Made by a program: the position numbers and the translations under genes. A stretch of 64,000 nucleotides of DNA. Origin: an uncultured Planctomycetota bacterium (GTDB lineage Bacteria > Planctomycetota > Planctomycetia > Isosphaerales > Isosphaeraceae). Shown piece by piece: positions 43,766 to 57,534 of the stretch (within the stretch, counting starts at the first letter, position 1; every line of letters begins with the position of its first letter). Under the pieces are notes generated by a model that ran no database searches, had not been told where the DNA came from, and worked only from the letters and a program-made list of their open reading frames with translations. The DNA lies in contig CAWJTV010000047.1 in the NCBI GenBank assembly GCA_963845755.1, positions 160,001 to 224,000 on the forward strand, in the 5' to 3' direction.

Positions 43766-45188
43766 TCGACCTGACGACCATGACGGCGCGGAAGATCGCC
43801 GAATCGGTGCGTCGCCGCGAAGTCACGGCAGTCGCGGTGGCCGAAGTGGCCCTCGAGCGGATCGGCAAGCTCAATGACACGCTCCACGCCTTCATCACGG
43901 TGACGCGCACCGAGGCGCTCGCGGCGGCCGAGCGGGTCGATGGCGAGGTCGCCGCCGGTCGGGGACACGACCTGTCGCTCGCGGGCGTTCCAATGGCGAT
44001 TAAGGACAGCTTCTGGACCAAGGGAGTGCGGACCACCGGCGGCACGAAAGTGCTGGCGGATTTCGTCCCCACCGAGGACGCCACGGCCGTGGCTCGTCTG
44101 AAGGCAGCCGGCTGCGTGCTCGTCGGAAAGTCGTCGATGCACGAGATGGCCTACGGATTCACCAGCCGCAACCCGCACTATGGCGACTGCCTCAATCCTT
44201 GGGACCCCGGCCGCATTCCTGGAGGGAGCAGCGGTGGCAACGCCGTCGCGCTGGCGACCGCCATGGCCTTCGCGGCCGTCGGCGGGGACACCGGCGGCTC
44301 GAACCGACAGCCCGCCGCTCTTTGCGGCGTGGTCGGCCTGAAGGTCACTTACGGACGAGTGAGCCGCCACGGGGGCATCCCGCTGAGCTGGTCGATGGAC
44401 ACCGTCGGCCCGATGGCCCGCACCGTCGGCGATGCGGCGGCGCTGTTGCAGGTCATGGCCGGCTTCGACCCCAAGGACCCGACCACGCGCCGCGATTCCC
44501 TGCCCGATTACGTCGGCGCGGCGAACAACGGTCTGAAGGGGATCCGGATCGGTGTACCGCACGACCACTTCATGGCGATGATGGAACCCGACGTCGGCGC
44601 GGCGATCCAGGACGCACTCGGCGTCTTGAAGCAGGCCGGCGCAGACGCTCGTTGAACGTCCGGTTCCCCCCCCTCGAATCGGTGGTCGGCGCGCATCGCG
44701 CGATCATCTTCTCCGAAGCCGCGGCGGCCCACGAGGAGATGATCCGGACCCGAGCCGCCGACATCACCGACGAAGTCCGGCCGCTCTTACAATCGGGACT
44801 GTTCCTCACCGCCACTCAGTATCTCGCCGCCCAGCAGGCGCGCAGGAAGACAATCGCCACGTATCGAAATCTCTGGAAGTCGTTCGACGTGCTCGTGACC
44901 CCCACCAGCCCGATCGCCGCGCCTCTCATCGGTGTGACAACCGCCCGGTTCGGCGAAAAGGAGATCCCGCTCGTCCGGGCCTTCCTCGACCTGACCCTCC
45001 CGTTCAACCTGACCGGTCAGCCCGCGATCTCGGTGCCTTGCGGTTTTACGAAGGCCAGCTTACCGATCGGTCTCCAGCTAGTCGGCCGGCCGTTTGATGA
45101 AGTCACACTCTTCCGCGCCGCGGCGGGTTACGAGTCGGCCACCGATTGGCACAGTCGGATTCCGCCGATCGCGAAGGGTGCGAAATAG
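43762..45188 (+). CDS. Amidase signature family enzyme (frameshift near 44650)
   Basis: GVPMAIKD, NPWDPGRIPGGSSGG, GGDTGGSNRQPAALCGVVGLK; shifted frame gives LTLPFNLTGQPAISVPCG, LPIGLQLVG. Confidence 0.93.
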
Positions 45189-45285
45189 CCGAGCGCCGCC
45201 ATCCCGGGTGATGCGTCGAATCGCCTCCCCGCTCGAGCAACGCCATGTTACAATCGCGTTGTTCCCCGCAGTCTACACGACATCG

Positions 45286-45915
45286 ATGGAGGGTTCGCAC
45301 AGGAGCACAGCCAGTGCGACCGAGACCCGATATACTCCCGAAGACCTCCTCGCCATGGCCGATGGCAAGAGCTACGAACTGGTCGGCGGACAACTGAGGG
45401 AGCGCAAGATGGGAGTAAAATTGAGTTGGGTTGGAGGCCGCTTACACTCCCGCCTCGATCAGTTCTGTGAGGAGCATGCGGTCGGCTGGGCTTTGCCGGT
45501 CGACACCGGTTATCAGTGCTTTCCCTACGAGCCCCGACGGGTCCGCAAGCCGGATGTCTCGTTCATCCGGTTTGGTCGCCTCCCTGGCGGCCTGTTGCCG
45601 GAGGGTTGGGCCAAGATCCCACCAGATCTGACGGTCGAAATCGTCTCGCCTAACGACCTGGTCGAGGAGCAGGATGAGAACCTGGAGGACTACTGGAAAG
45701 TCGGTGTCCCATTGGTGTGGGTGATCAACCCGAACTCCCGCACAGTGCGTGTCCATCGCAAGGACTGCTCGGCTAGCGATCTCCATGACGCCGGCGAACT
45801 CTCGGGTGAGGACGTGATCCCCGGCTTTCGTTGCCCGGTGCGGGAGATCCTGCCGCGTCGCGAGCCACCCATCGAAACACCATCAAGCCCGATCGGGACG
45901 AACGGACCGGAGTAG
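45286..45915 (+). CDS. Uma2 (DUF820) family putative endonuclease
   Basis: YELVGGQL, RKPDVSFI, PDLTVEIVSPND, GVPLVWVINP, VIPGFRCPV. Confidence 0.92.
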   Translation: MEGSHRSTASATETRYTPEDLLAMADGKSYELVGGQLRERKMGVKLSWVGGRLHSRLDQFCEEHAVGWALPVDTGYQCFPYEPRRVRKPDVSFIRFGRLPGGLLPEGWAKIPPDLTVEIVSPNDLVEEQDENLEDYWKVGVPLVWVINPNSRTVRVHRKDCSASDLHDAGELSGEDVIPGFRCPVREILPRREPPIETPSSPIGTNGPE

Positions 45916-45938
45916 CCGTCTGGGCCGCGAACCGAAGG

Positions 45939-47099
45939 TCAAATTCGCGTGGAATCGACGACGATCCGTGGTCGGGCGTCCTGTCGCTTCCGCTTGGACT
46001 CTTTAGCCTTCTCCAGCTCCCATGCCGCCTCCTTGGCCAGTTCGTCGGATCGGGCCTTCTGGACCTCGCTCACGAGCTCCTTGAGTGTCTTGAACTTGGT
46101 GTACTGGACCAGGACTTTCCGCCGGCTCTCGGCCTGCTCGACTTGAAACTCGGCCTTCTTGATCGCGAGGAGTTTTGCGGAAATCGGGTGGTCCGTAGCG
46201 AGCGGATTCCTCCAGCCTTTCTCGATGGCGACCCTCGCTTGCTCCCGACATGCCTCGAGACTCGACTGTGCCCGCCTCAGATCCACTTCGATCGTAGCCA
46301 GTTCTTGTGGAAAGCCGACTTCGACGTACTCCGCCACGTCGATCTCTGCGAGTTCACGTTTCAGGCGTGCATCGCGAAATGCGGTCTCCGCCCGCAGGGT
46401 GGACTTACGTTGCTGGAACCGCCCACCTTTCTGAGGGATTTCGTTAGCCGCGGGGCGTTCATCACCGGCTCCAGGCTGAGGCTGAGGAAGCTGCCGCTCC
46501 AGGTCTGCCTGCTTGGCCCTTTCTCGCTCCCAGGTGGCCAGCTTGGCCAGCTCATCGGCGCGGGCCTTCTCGGCCGCGCTCTGAAGTCCCTTGACTCTCT
46601 TGGCCTTGGTGTATTCGACCATCACCTTTCGCCTGGTTCGAGCCTGCTCGAGGGCAAACTGGGCTTTCTTCAAGGACAGTTCTTCAGAGAGCTTCGTGGC
46701 CTTGGATACATAGCCCTTATCGAACATCCTCCTGGCCCAGCCGACGCGATCCTCGGACCGCGACAGGTCCGACTCGGCGAGCTTGATCTCACCCTCGACC
46801 GCCGCCAGATCTCGGGGATAGCTACTCCACGCATATTCTTCGACGGCGATCTCGGCGAGCTCGTGCGTAGCTTTGGCGATCTCATAAGCGGCCCCGGCTT
46901 TCCGCGTAGCCAGTTGCTGCGCGCGGAGCCTGAACTGTGGCGTGGGACCTGGAGTGTCGATACCGGCCGGTGCCGTTCCCTTCGCGCGCGGCGACGCCTC
47001 CTGGGCGTGGAGGAACGAGCCGCAACCACCGAAGACGAAGGCTCCTGCCATCAGCAAGAGGTGAACTCCGGCACGATGTGTGCGCGATTGGTACCGCAT
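45939..47099 (-). CDS. Secreted protein made of two tandem HlyD-type alpha-helical hairpin repeats
   Basis: Signal-like start; two units of about 140 aa (ELAEIAVEEY...VEYTK...ARADELAKLATWERE and ELAEIDVAEY...VQYTK...ARSDELAKEAAWELE). Confidence 0.75.
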   Translation of the reverse strand: MRYQSRTHRAGVHLLLMAGAFVFGGCGSFLHAQEASPRAKGTAPAGIDTPGPTPQFRLRAQQLATRKAGAAYEIAKATHELAEIAVEEYAWSSYPRDLAAVEGEIKLAESDLSRSEDRVGWARRMFDKGYVSKATKLSEELSLKKAQFALEQARTRRKVMVEYTKAKRVKGLQSAAEKARADELAKLATWERERAKQADLERQLPQPQPGAGDERPAANEIPQKGGRFQQRKSTLRAETAFRDARLKRELAEIDVAEYVEVGFPQELATIEVDLRRAQSSLEACREQARVAIEKGWRNPLATDHPISAKLLAIKKAEFQVEQAESRRKVLVQYTKFKTLKELVSEVQKARSDELAKEAAWELEKAKESKRKRQDARPRIVVDSTRI

Positions 47100-47317
47100 G
47101 AGACCGGCCCCCGTTCCTTCGACAGGTGATGGAGCATGGCGCATCCCTACGCGGAATCCCCCTTCATCTGGGAGTCATGCTCCTTGTCTCGCGAATCGTG
47201 TGAGGGTGGGGCGCCTTGCCTATCGTCGGGCATCGCGCCCGATTACACTCATAATGCGTCAAACGCTGACGGCTGGGAACCAAATTTCTAGAATCGCATC
47301 GGCGTGTGGTGTCCCCC

Positions 47318-50458
<3,141 letters not shown>

Positions 50459-50604
50459 GGTGGCCAGGTGGCTGATGGCTAGGGGTGAGAATCCCGTGAC
50501 AGATTGCTCGATAAGTGGCGGATAGCTGGCGACTCGGCAAACACCTCGAACGGGAGTTTGTCCTGGTCTTCGCTAGCCGATAGCCGCCAGCCACTACGAA
50601 TGCG

Positions 50605-52245
50605 CTATTCCTCGTCGGGCTCGTTCTGAAGAATAAGCTCACTCTTGAGAAAGAAGGCGCCGGAGGAAACCACGGGATCGCCTGGACTGAGCCCCGCCTT
50701 GATGACCAGGCGGTCGCCGATCAAGCGGCCAACCTTCACGGGTCTCACCGTGAACGTCCGCGGTGGGCCATTCTTTCCTGCGGGCGAGAAGACAAACTTG
50801 AGGGTATCCACTTCCTCAACCGAATTGGCGGGGACCGTCAGGGCCTCCTCGCTGGCCGAGCTATCCAGGAGGATTCTCACGAACATGTCCACCTTGAGCA
50901 AACCATCACGGTTCTCGGTTTCGGCTCGAATGGGGACCGTACGAGTCTGGGGGTCGACCACGGAGCCGATCGAGAGCAACCGGGCCTGAAACTCTCGGCC
51001 GGGGTAGGCGGTTGCTTTGAAGTGAACCGTCCCGCCCTGGATCCTGGGCAGCTTGGCAAGGTCCGACTCAGGCACGTTCGCCGTGACCCAGGCCGTGCTG
51101 AGATCGGCCAGGTTGAAGAGGACATCGTTCACATCCGCCTTCTGGCTGGGGACGGCCGATCGCTTGATGATTGTGCCGTCGAACGGGGCGACGATCCCGT
51201 AGAACGTCACATCCTCGTCCAGGGCCAGGGCGGTCCCTTGTTCGGGATGTTTCAGCAATTCGCGGATGTCTTCCGAAACCCCGAGGATCCGCAGTCGCTG
51301 GGCCGCGTCCACAACGGCCGCCTCCGCCTGGCGCAACGCCTGGTTGGCCAGGCGATTCTCCTGGGCCGCGTCAAAGGCGACTTGCTCCATGGCCCCTTCG
51401 AGTTTGCCCTGCACACCCTGGCGGGTGTGTCGCGCCATCAGGACCGGGTGTTCGCCGAGATACTGCTGTTGTTTGAGCTTGGAGGTCTTTTCTTCCTCAT
51501 GCGCGGCGATATCGTAATCGGCCAGCGCTTGCAGGAGGGTGCCGCGGTAGGCGCCGAGCTGTTTATCGGCGAATTGCTTCTCGATCGTCTTGGCGTCGTC
51601 CCTGGGGCGTTCCTCATGAGCGTGTTTCGCATCGTCGTGTCGATCCACGACATCCGCGCTGCGTCGCGCAATCTCCTGGCGCAAAACGGGGATCAGGCCG
51701 GCCACGTTGGTGGCGATCTCGGCTTTCCATGCGGCCTCGAAACGCGCGGTGACCAGCTCGCGCTGCCGGGCGCGAAGGTCGAGCCGGCCCTTGCCGATGT
51801 CGGGGCTGTCCAGGATGACCAGCGTATCTCCGCGCTTGACCTGCTGACCCTGCAGAACGTGGACCTCGCGGACGATGCCGGTGGCGCGGGGTCGAATGTC
51901 GACCCGGCGATCGGCGTTGGCCTGGATCAAACCCGGGACTCCAACCTCGGTGGCGATCCGATCCAACCGCGCCGGTTCCGTCGCGATCTTGGCCTCGCGG
52001 TATTTCGACTCCGACAGCGAAATGGTTGACGGAGTGGCCCGGGCCGGCTCTTTCGCTTCCGCACCCGTCCGCGACGCGGACGCGGATTGCGGGGTCTGGA
52101 GTGCCGCATGAAGTCTCGTGGGTCCGAGCAGGTCATAAGTGAGATGAGCGGTCAAGAGGACGAGGCACAATCCCATACCTGCCCACGGTAAAACCTGGCG
52201 TATCGACCATCTGGCCGACCGAGTGTGATTGATTGCAACTGACAT
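50605..52245 (-). CDS. CzcB-like RND periplasmic adaptor with long coiled coil
   Basis: TM anchor, GQQVKRGDTLVILDS, IVAPFDGTI, VDPQTRTVPIRA, GAFFLKSEL. Confidence 0.9.
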   Translation of the reverse strand: MSVAINHTRSARWSIRQVLPWAGMGLCLVLLTAHLTYDLLGPTRLHAALQTPQSASASRTGAEAKEPARATPSTISLSESKYREAKIATEPARLDRIATEVGVPGLIQANADRRVDIRPRATGIVREVHVLQGQQVKRGDTLVILDSPDIGKGRLDLRARQRELVTARFEAAWKAEIATNVAGLIPVLRQEIARRSADVVDRHDDAKHAHEERPRDDAKTIEKQFADKQLGAYRGTLLQALADYDIAAHEEEKTSKLKQQQYLGEHPVLMARHTRQGVQGKLEGAMEQVAFDAAQENRLANQALRQAEAAVVDAAQRLRILGVSEDIRELLKHPEQGTALALDEDVTFYGIVAPFDGTIIKRSAVPSQKADVNDVLFNLADLSTAWVTANVPESDLAKLPRIQGGTVHFKATAYPGREFQARLLSIGSVVDPQTRTVPIRAETENRDGLLKVDMFVRILLDSSASEEALTVPANSVEEVDTLKFVFSPAGKNGPPRTFTVRPVKVGRLIGDRLVIKAGLSPGDPVVSSGAFFLKSELILQNEPDEE

Positions 52246-52494
52246 GAAATGACTCTCCCGTCTGGGTGGGCGAACCGTTTTCGAAGTCGAGGAATCTGCG
52301 GGATATGCCGGATTGTGACCCGGCTTGAGCCGTGTCGTGACGACACAGCAGCCGCTGTCGAAGCCGATCCAGATTGGTCGGTTGATCCGGCACGAGATCT
52401 TGACAGGATTGCGGGCGACGACACGGGCCATCCTGTCGTTCCGCGCGTCCGACGCGCCGAAGGCGACGGACAGATGATCGACGGTTTCGCCGAT

Positions 52495-53037
52495 TCAGCA
52501 ATTCCAGCGCTGGAAGAGTGAGATGCGCGCGGCGCGCAGGTTCGCTACGCCGCCGGGTGGGCAGGAGGAGAAGATCCCTGATCGGGGGTCATCGGTCGTG
52601 GCTGAGCTGCAAGCGGGGCTCGAACCCGCACCCGAAAGGCGAAGGGACAGAAGGTCAAGGAGCCGACCGCGGCTATCCGGGCGGATCGCAGGCGTACCGG
52701 TCCAGTCCGGTTCGGGCCAATCGCCGATATGGGCATGAAGCGCGGGGCCGGGGCGAGGTGAATGATGCTCGTCATCGGCACCAGACTCCTGGGAACCCGG
52801 GGCGACCAGGGGGAGGAACCAGTGCCAGTGCAGCAGCGCGACATCGTCGTTGGAATTGGCGTGAGGATGCCAGCGCAAGAGATGGTCGTGGTAGAGGCAG
52901 ATCTCGCCGGGGGCGTCGTGGTGGCGAATATTGTGATAGTCAGCCTGGGGCAGCGGAATTCGAATTGCGCCGAGGATCAGGATGCCGATCCCCAGCGATC
53001 TCCAGCCGCGCCATTCTGACCGCCACCAGGAAGACAC
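52495..53037 (-). CDS. His-rich hypothetical protein upstream of the czcBA-like genes
   Basis: N-terminal hydrophobic stretch; YHNIRHHD, YHDHLLRWHPH, LHWHW, LHAH; ends SLFQRWNC. Confidence 0.65.
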   Translation of the reverse strand: MSSWWRSEWRGWRSLGIGILILGAIRIPLPQADYHNIRHHDAPGEICLYHDHLLRWHPHANSNDDVALLHWHWFLPLVAPGSQESGADDEHHSPRPGPALHAHIGDWPEPDWTGTPAIRPDSRGRLLDLLSLRLSGAGSSPACSSATTDDPRSGIFSSCPPGGVANLRAARISLFQRWNC

Positions 53038-53301
53038 GATTCTGCCTCATTCACGGATCCCACGTAGGATCGAACGGTACGATTGGATGCAATCACTGCC
53101 GGTGCAGTTTCGATCCGGTAGGGAGATTGTCCGTGGTTCCCTATTATGAATGGGAGTAAGGAGCAGGTCAAGTTGACGCACGGCTGCACGTTCGCCGATC
53201 CGAGGCGGGTGCAGCCATCCGGGGTAGGAATTTCCCGCGGCTTGTCCCCCCTTGACGCCGGGAAGCGAGTTTCCAGCCAGGCTTTTCGAATCCCGAAACC
53301 T

Positions 53302-54405
53302 TCAGGTGGGAAGGTGGCCGAGGGTGAGTGGACTCCTTTCGGCTGAAGCCGGGCGGCGCGAGGACGATCGCTCATCTTGAGGCGTGTCGGCATCGGGTCG
53401 GTATGGGATACGATCCTTCAGTCGGAGAATTGGTCGCTCGATCAGATACCAGGAAGCCGTCGCAATCGCGAGCGTCAGGACGCAGGCGTTGGCGCAGATG
53501 GCCACTCTCGGAACGACTTGAAGGTAGGTACCCAGCATTTCAGATATCTTGATGATGGGGAAATGATAGAGGTAGATGCCATAACTGATCGTCCCCAGGT
53601 AAACCAGGGGTGCCTTACGCAGCAGAGCGAGCGCGGGATGGCCGGAATGACAGACCACCAGGCTGACCAGAATGAACGAGCCGAGCGAGGCGAGGGTCGC
53701 CCGCGCCGCCATGGTCATCGGGCCAAACCCCTCGAACAAATGACCGGTCGCGATCAAGAGGCGCAGCCTGGAGCGCCGCGACGATCCCGATAATCGTCGC
53801 CCATCTCCCCGCCCGAGCGCGCCTGCGCGCTCGGCGTCCGTATCGGCCATGATCACCGCCAGGAATCCGCCCAGGGCGAAGCCGTCGCAGCGGGCAAGGA
53901 GCAGTAACCAATGGAAGCCGGCGTACCGCGCCTCGATTCCGATCACCGCGATGGCCAACGCCAGATAACCCGTTCGCCGCTTCCCTGCCAGCAGGACCAG
54001 CAGCGGCCAGATCAGATAGAACTGCTCCTCCAGCGCAAGCGACCAGGTGTGCTCGATCGGCAACCAGAGGGGCATCTCACCGCCCCAGTACAGCGGTGTT
54101 TGTTGGGTGTAGGTCAGGTAATAGGCTAAGGCCTCGGAATTACCGAGCCCTGCCAAGATGAGGACCAGAATCAGCAGGTAATAGATCGGCCAGATGCGCA
54201 GGCCACGGCGTAAATAGAAAGACCTCAAGAACTGCCATGACAGCTTGTGCTGAATGACGATCACCGTGATCAGATAGCCGGAGAGGACGAAGAAGACGTC
54301 CAGCGCCGCCCAGCACCCCGGCAAGTAGTCCTTATAGAGATGAACGGCGACAATGAGCATCGCCGATACGCCGCGCAGCCCATCGAGTTCCGCGATCCGT
54401 CGCAT
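53302..54405 (-). CDS. Acyltransferase-3 (OafA-like) membrane O-acyltransferase
   Basis: ELDGLRG, VFFVLSGYLIT, FYLRRGLRIWP, HTWSLALEEQFY, LGTISYGIYLYH, SWYLIERP. Confidence 0.95.
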   Translation of the reverse strand: MRRIAELDGLRGVSAMLIVAVHLYKDYLPGCWAALDVFFVLSGYLITVIVIQHKLSWQFLRSFYLRRGLRIWPIYYLLILVLILAGLGNSEALAYYLTYTQQTPLYWGGEMPLWLPIEHTWSLALEEQFYLIWPLLVLLAGKRRTGYLALAIAVIGIEARYAGFHWLLLLARCDGFALGGFLAVIMADTDAERAGALGRGDGRRLSGSSRRSRLRLLIATGHLFEGFGPMTMAARATLASLGSFILVSLVVCHSGHPALALLRKAPLVYLGTISYGIYLYHFPIIKISEMLGTYLQVVPRVAICANACVLTLAIATASWYLIERPILRLKDRIPYRPDADTPQDERSSSRRPASAERSPLTLGHLPT

Positions 54406-54622
54406 GGTCGATCCTCCTGGTCGATGACACCGAGCGACATTACCCTACATGATCAGTGCCTCGTCAGCAAGAGCATTGAATACATCGAAAATCGCGTCGA
54501 ACGATCCGCTTTGACGCTTCGTCAATACGATCTTGACAATCCCTGACGGGACGGCAAACTGACGCACCTCGATTCCGGAGAAGGAACGGGCACAATTCGA
54601 TCGTAGGGGAGCGCGTGCGGCC

Positions 54623-55782
54623 ATGGTGGGCAGACGAAGCGTAGGAGTGCGCCGCGGCGTGTTGGGCCTGACGATCGTCGCGGGTCTTGTCTGGGTACTC
54701 GCAGTGATGTCGGCAGGCCGCCTTGTCGCTGACGACGCGAACCGAAAACCCGCTTCTGGAGCAGATCAGACTCGAGGCGAGGAGCCGGCGTCGCCGCATC
54801 TCAAAGTCCGCCGGTTCGAGATCGGCCAGGGGCCGCGCTCCTACTGGTTGTTCGAGCCCGACCAGCCCCGGCCCGAAAGACGCCCGTGGTCGTCTTCCTC
54901 CACGGCTGGTTCGCGGTCAATCCGGGGTTCTACGGGGCGTGGATCGACCACCTGGTTCGGAATGGCCGGATCGTCATCTTCCCGCGCTACCAGAACGATG
55001 TCGGGACCATGCCGCAGGAGTTCCTGCCCAACGTGGTGGCGGCACTGAATGACGCCTTGGGGGCCCTGCACGTTGGTGTTGACCACGTCCGGCCGGATCT
55101 GACCCGGTTTGCCCTGATCGGCCATTCTGCCGGCGGAAACCTGGCGGCACAGATCGCCGCGCTGGCCGCCGATCCTCACGCGGGACTTCCGATCCCCAAG
55201 GCGCTGGTCGTCGTGATGCCCGGTGAGGTGATCCCGATGCGACGCCCTAGCCTGGACCGCATCCCGGAGTTGACCTTGATGATCGTCATGGTCGGCGAGG
55301 AAGATATCGTTGTCGGCGATCTTCGCGGCAGGCAGATCTTTTCCGAGGCGACCGCAATTCCACCGGCACGCAAGCGGTTCATCTTCTTCCGATCCGATCG
55401 TCATGGACATCCAGCCCTGATCGCCGATCATGCCGCGCCGACCGGTGTCCATCCCAGGCTCGACAACGGCGAAGGCCTCTTCCGTTCGCTTCAATTGAGC
55501 TTCAGCGATGTCAACGCGCTGGATCGCGCGGGTTTCTGGCGAATCGCCGACGTGACACTGGACGCAGCCTTTGCCGGAAAGAGCATCGACGAGATCGCAC
55601 GCGACCCCGAGCGATTCCGGCACCTCGGATACTGGAGTGACGGACGTCGCGTCACGCCTCCCGTCGTAGGCACGGATCTCAAGGACATGCCCCGCGTCAT
55701 CCCGGTCAACGGGCTGAAGATCTTCCCCTGGTCGTTAGCCCCGAAACCCAAAGTCGTGCTGGGTGCCGACCCGTCCCAATGA
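54623..55782 (+). CDS. Secreted alpha/beta hydrolase (frameshift near 54880)
   Basis: Signal-like N-terminus in ORF 54623; VVFLHGW, GHSAGGNLA, GEEDIVV, DHAAP. Confidence 0.85.
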
Positions 55783-56117
55783 CCGCGCCCGGATTGCCGC
55801 GGGAATTAGCGGATGGCGTGGTCCTTGCACGTTGCACGGCTTGAAGAGGAGGTTCCGATTCCGGGATGGCTTCGGGGGCGGCAAGGTTGCGCGATCGGGG
55901 ATCGCGGGTGAATGGGGTGAGATGACCCTGCGAGATTCGATCCCTTTCTCCGAGTGCGACGTCTCCCGACCGATCGGCCCGGCAGCTCGCGCGTGCGGCT
56001 CGAACCGGCGCGGGCCAGGCTCATTCTCCATGACGCGCCGGTCGATACGATGAGATGAGGGAGCAGACCGAGGACAGACGGGAGGCAGTCGGGCGGCCAG
56101 GGAGGGCTGAGGGATCG

Positions 56118-56987
56118 ATGGCAACCACACACAAAAATCGGGCCACGACATCTACGGCGAATGCGGGCGGGACCTCGAGGCGCGCGGAGGGACTGCCGAG
56201 CCTGATCCCGCAAAGCCCGGAGGCCGAGGCGATCGAATCTCTCCGGCGGCAGGTCATCGCCCTCCAGCGCATCAGCAGCCTGGGGGTCCTGGCCGGCGGG
56301 GTGTTCCATGAGCTGAACAACGCGTTGACGCCCATCCTGAACTACGCCAAGCTGGGCCTGAGGAATCCCGATCCAGCCTACCGCGAGCGGGCCCTGACGC
56401 AGATCGTCGAAGCCGCGCAACGGGCGGCGACGATTACCCGTGGCATGCTGGGCCTGACCCGGCCGGGTGGCAGCCTTGACCACCGCGAGCCGACCGACCT
56501 GGTCCGGCTGGTCCAGGAAGTAATCGTCCTTGTGGATAAGGACATGATGCGTCACCGCGTCCGATTGGACGTGAAGCTGACCGGCCAGCCCCTCGCGCGG
56601 GTGAACCCGGCCCAGATCCAGCAGGTCCTCCTCAACCTCTTGATCAACGCCCGACAGGCGATGCCCGAAGGCGGCATCGTGCGAGTCCGCCTCGGCCTGG
56701 ACGCGGCCGGCCGTCGAGCCGAGCTGAGCGTCGCCGACGCCGGTATCGGGATCGGGCCGACCGATCTCCGCCGCATCTTCGAGCCGTTCTACTCGACCAA
56801 GACCGGTCCCGACGCCGCGGGGCAGGGGGGCACAGGCCTGGGATTGGCCGTCTGCCGCGATATCGTCGAGGCCCACCACGGACGTCTCCGCGCCGAGAGC
56901 CGCCTCGGGCAGGGTTCGACCTTCACCCTGATCCTCCCGGCATGCCCGCCCGCCGAGGCCGCTGCTGGGCAGCAAGGAGCGGCGTGA
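56118..56987 (+). CDS. Soluble NtrB-type histidine kinase without a sensor domain
   Basis: SLGVLAGGVFHELNNAL, QVLLNLLINARQA, DAGIG, FEPFYSTK, GTGLGL; no TM helix. Confidence 0.92.
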   Translation: MATTHKNRATTSTANAGGTSRRAEGLPSLIPQSPEAEAIESLRRQVIALQRISSLGVLAGGVFHELNNALTPILNYAKLGLRNPDPAYRERALTQIVEAAQRAATITRGMLGLTRPGGSLDHREPTDLVRLVQEVIVLVDKDMMRHRVRLDVKLTGQPLARVNPAQIQQVLLNLLINARQAMPEGGIVRVRLGLDAAGRRAELSVADAGIGIGPTDLRRIFEPFYSTKTGPDAAGQGGTGLGLAVCRDIVEAHHGRLRAESRLGQGSTFTLILPACPPAEAAAGQQGAA

Positions 56988-57461
56988 TCCGCAATCGCGA
57001 CAGCTCCTGGGGTGACCATGAACGACGAATTCACGCAGGGAATGATCAGGCTGAGGAGACTCGGGGACCACGCGGAGTTGCTGGCTGGCGGTGCTCCCGA
57101 AGTTGAATAAATTCATCCATCCTCGTTGCTTCCAGGTCCGCTTACTGACGTCTCAGCAAGCCGGCTGAGTCGTCGAATATTAGGTCTGCGGATCGTTCCG
57201 GCTCCTCGCCATCGCGACATGGAGACCCCCAGATCGCTGCCTCCGAGCCGACAGCTCCTGGAGCTCGGCACGTTCATCGAGGAAACCTTGCAGCCCAGGC
57301 TCGAGCCCGAATCAGGCACCGCCGCCGCCTGGATGTAAACACCAGCCCGTCCTGGACTTCGATCTTCCCCACCTGCGAGTCAAATACCAGGAGCCTTCAT
57401 CGCTCCTCTCCAATTTCATGGCTCGGCAGGTTTTTTCTTCACGTCTCCCCGACGCTCCCGC

Positions 57462-57505
57462 AAAATCAGGGATAGGTTGGCTCAGCTCCAGGCATTCCTT
57501 GTAGA
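57462..57505 (+). promoter_or_regulatory. Candidate ECF promoter, copy 1
   Basis: aaaatcagggatag-N25-gtaga; starts 73 bp before ATG 57535; same layout at 59306. Confidence 0.5.
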
Positions 57506-57534
57506 GACCTCGATCGAGAAGAGGGGAGCCCAGG

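Noticed and set aside
43556..45188. gatC-gatA assignment
   Set aside because: No gatB adjacent and the sequence reads as a general amidase, so symbols were withheld
45286..45915. Uma2 gene as a defence system or mobile element
   Set aside because: Solitary, a common multicopy family in this group, and no methylase, integrase or att sites nearby
50461..50600. Imperfect heptamer repeats (tagccga tagccgc cagccac) between czcB-like and czcA genes
   Set aside because: Too short and degenerate to call an element; not CRISPR-like
52246..52494. Possible NiCo riboswitch before the czcB-like gene
   Set aside because: The conserved junction sequences were not found on the minus strand
56990..57460. 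Short ORFs between the kinase and the first ECF fusion
   Set aside because: No recognisable domain or anti-sigma features
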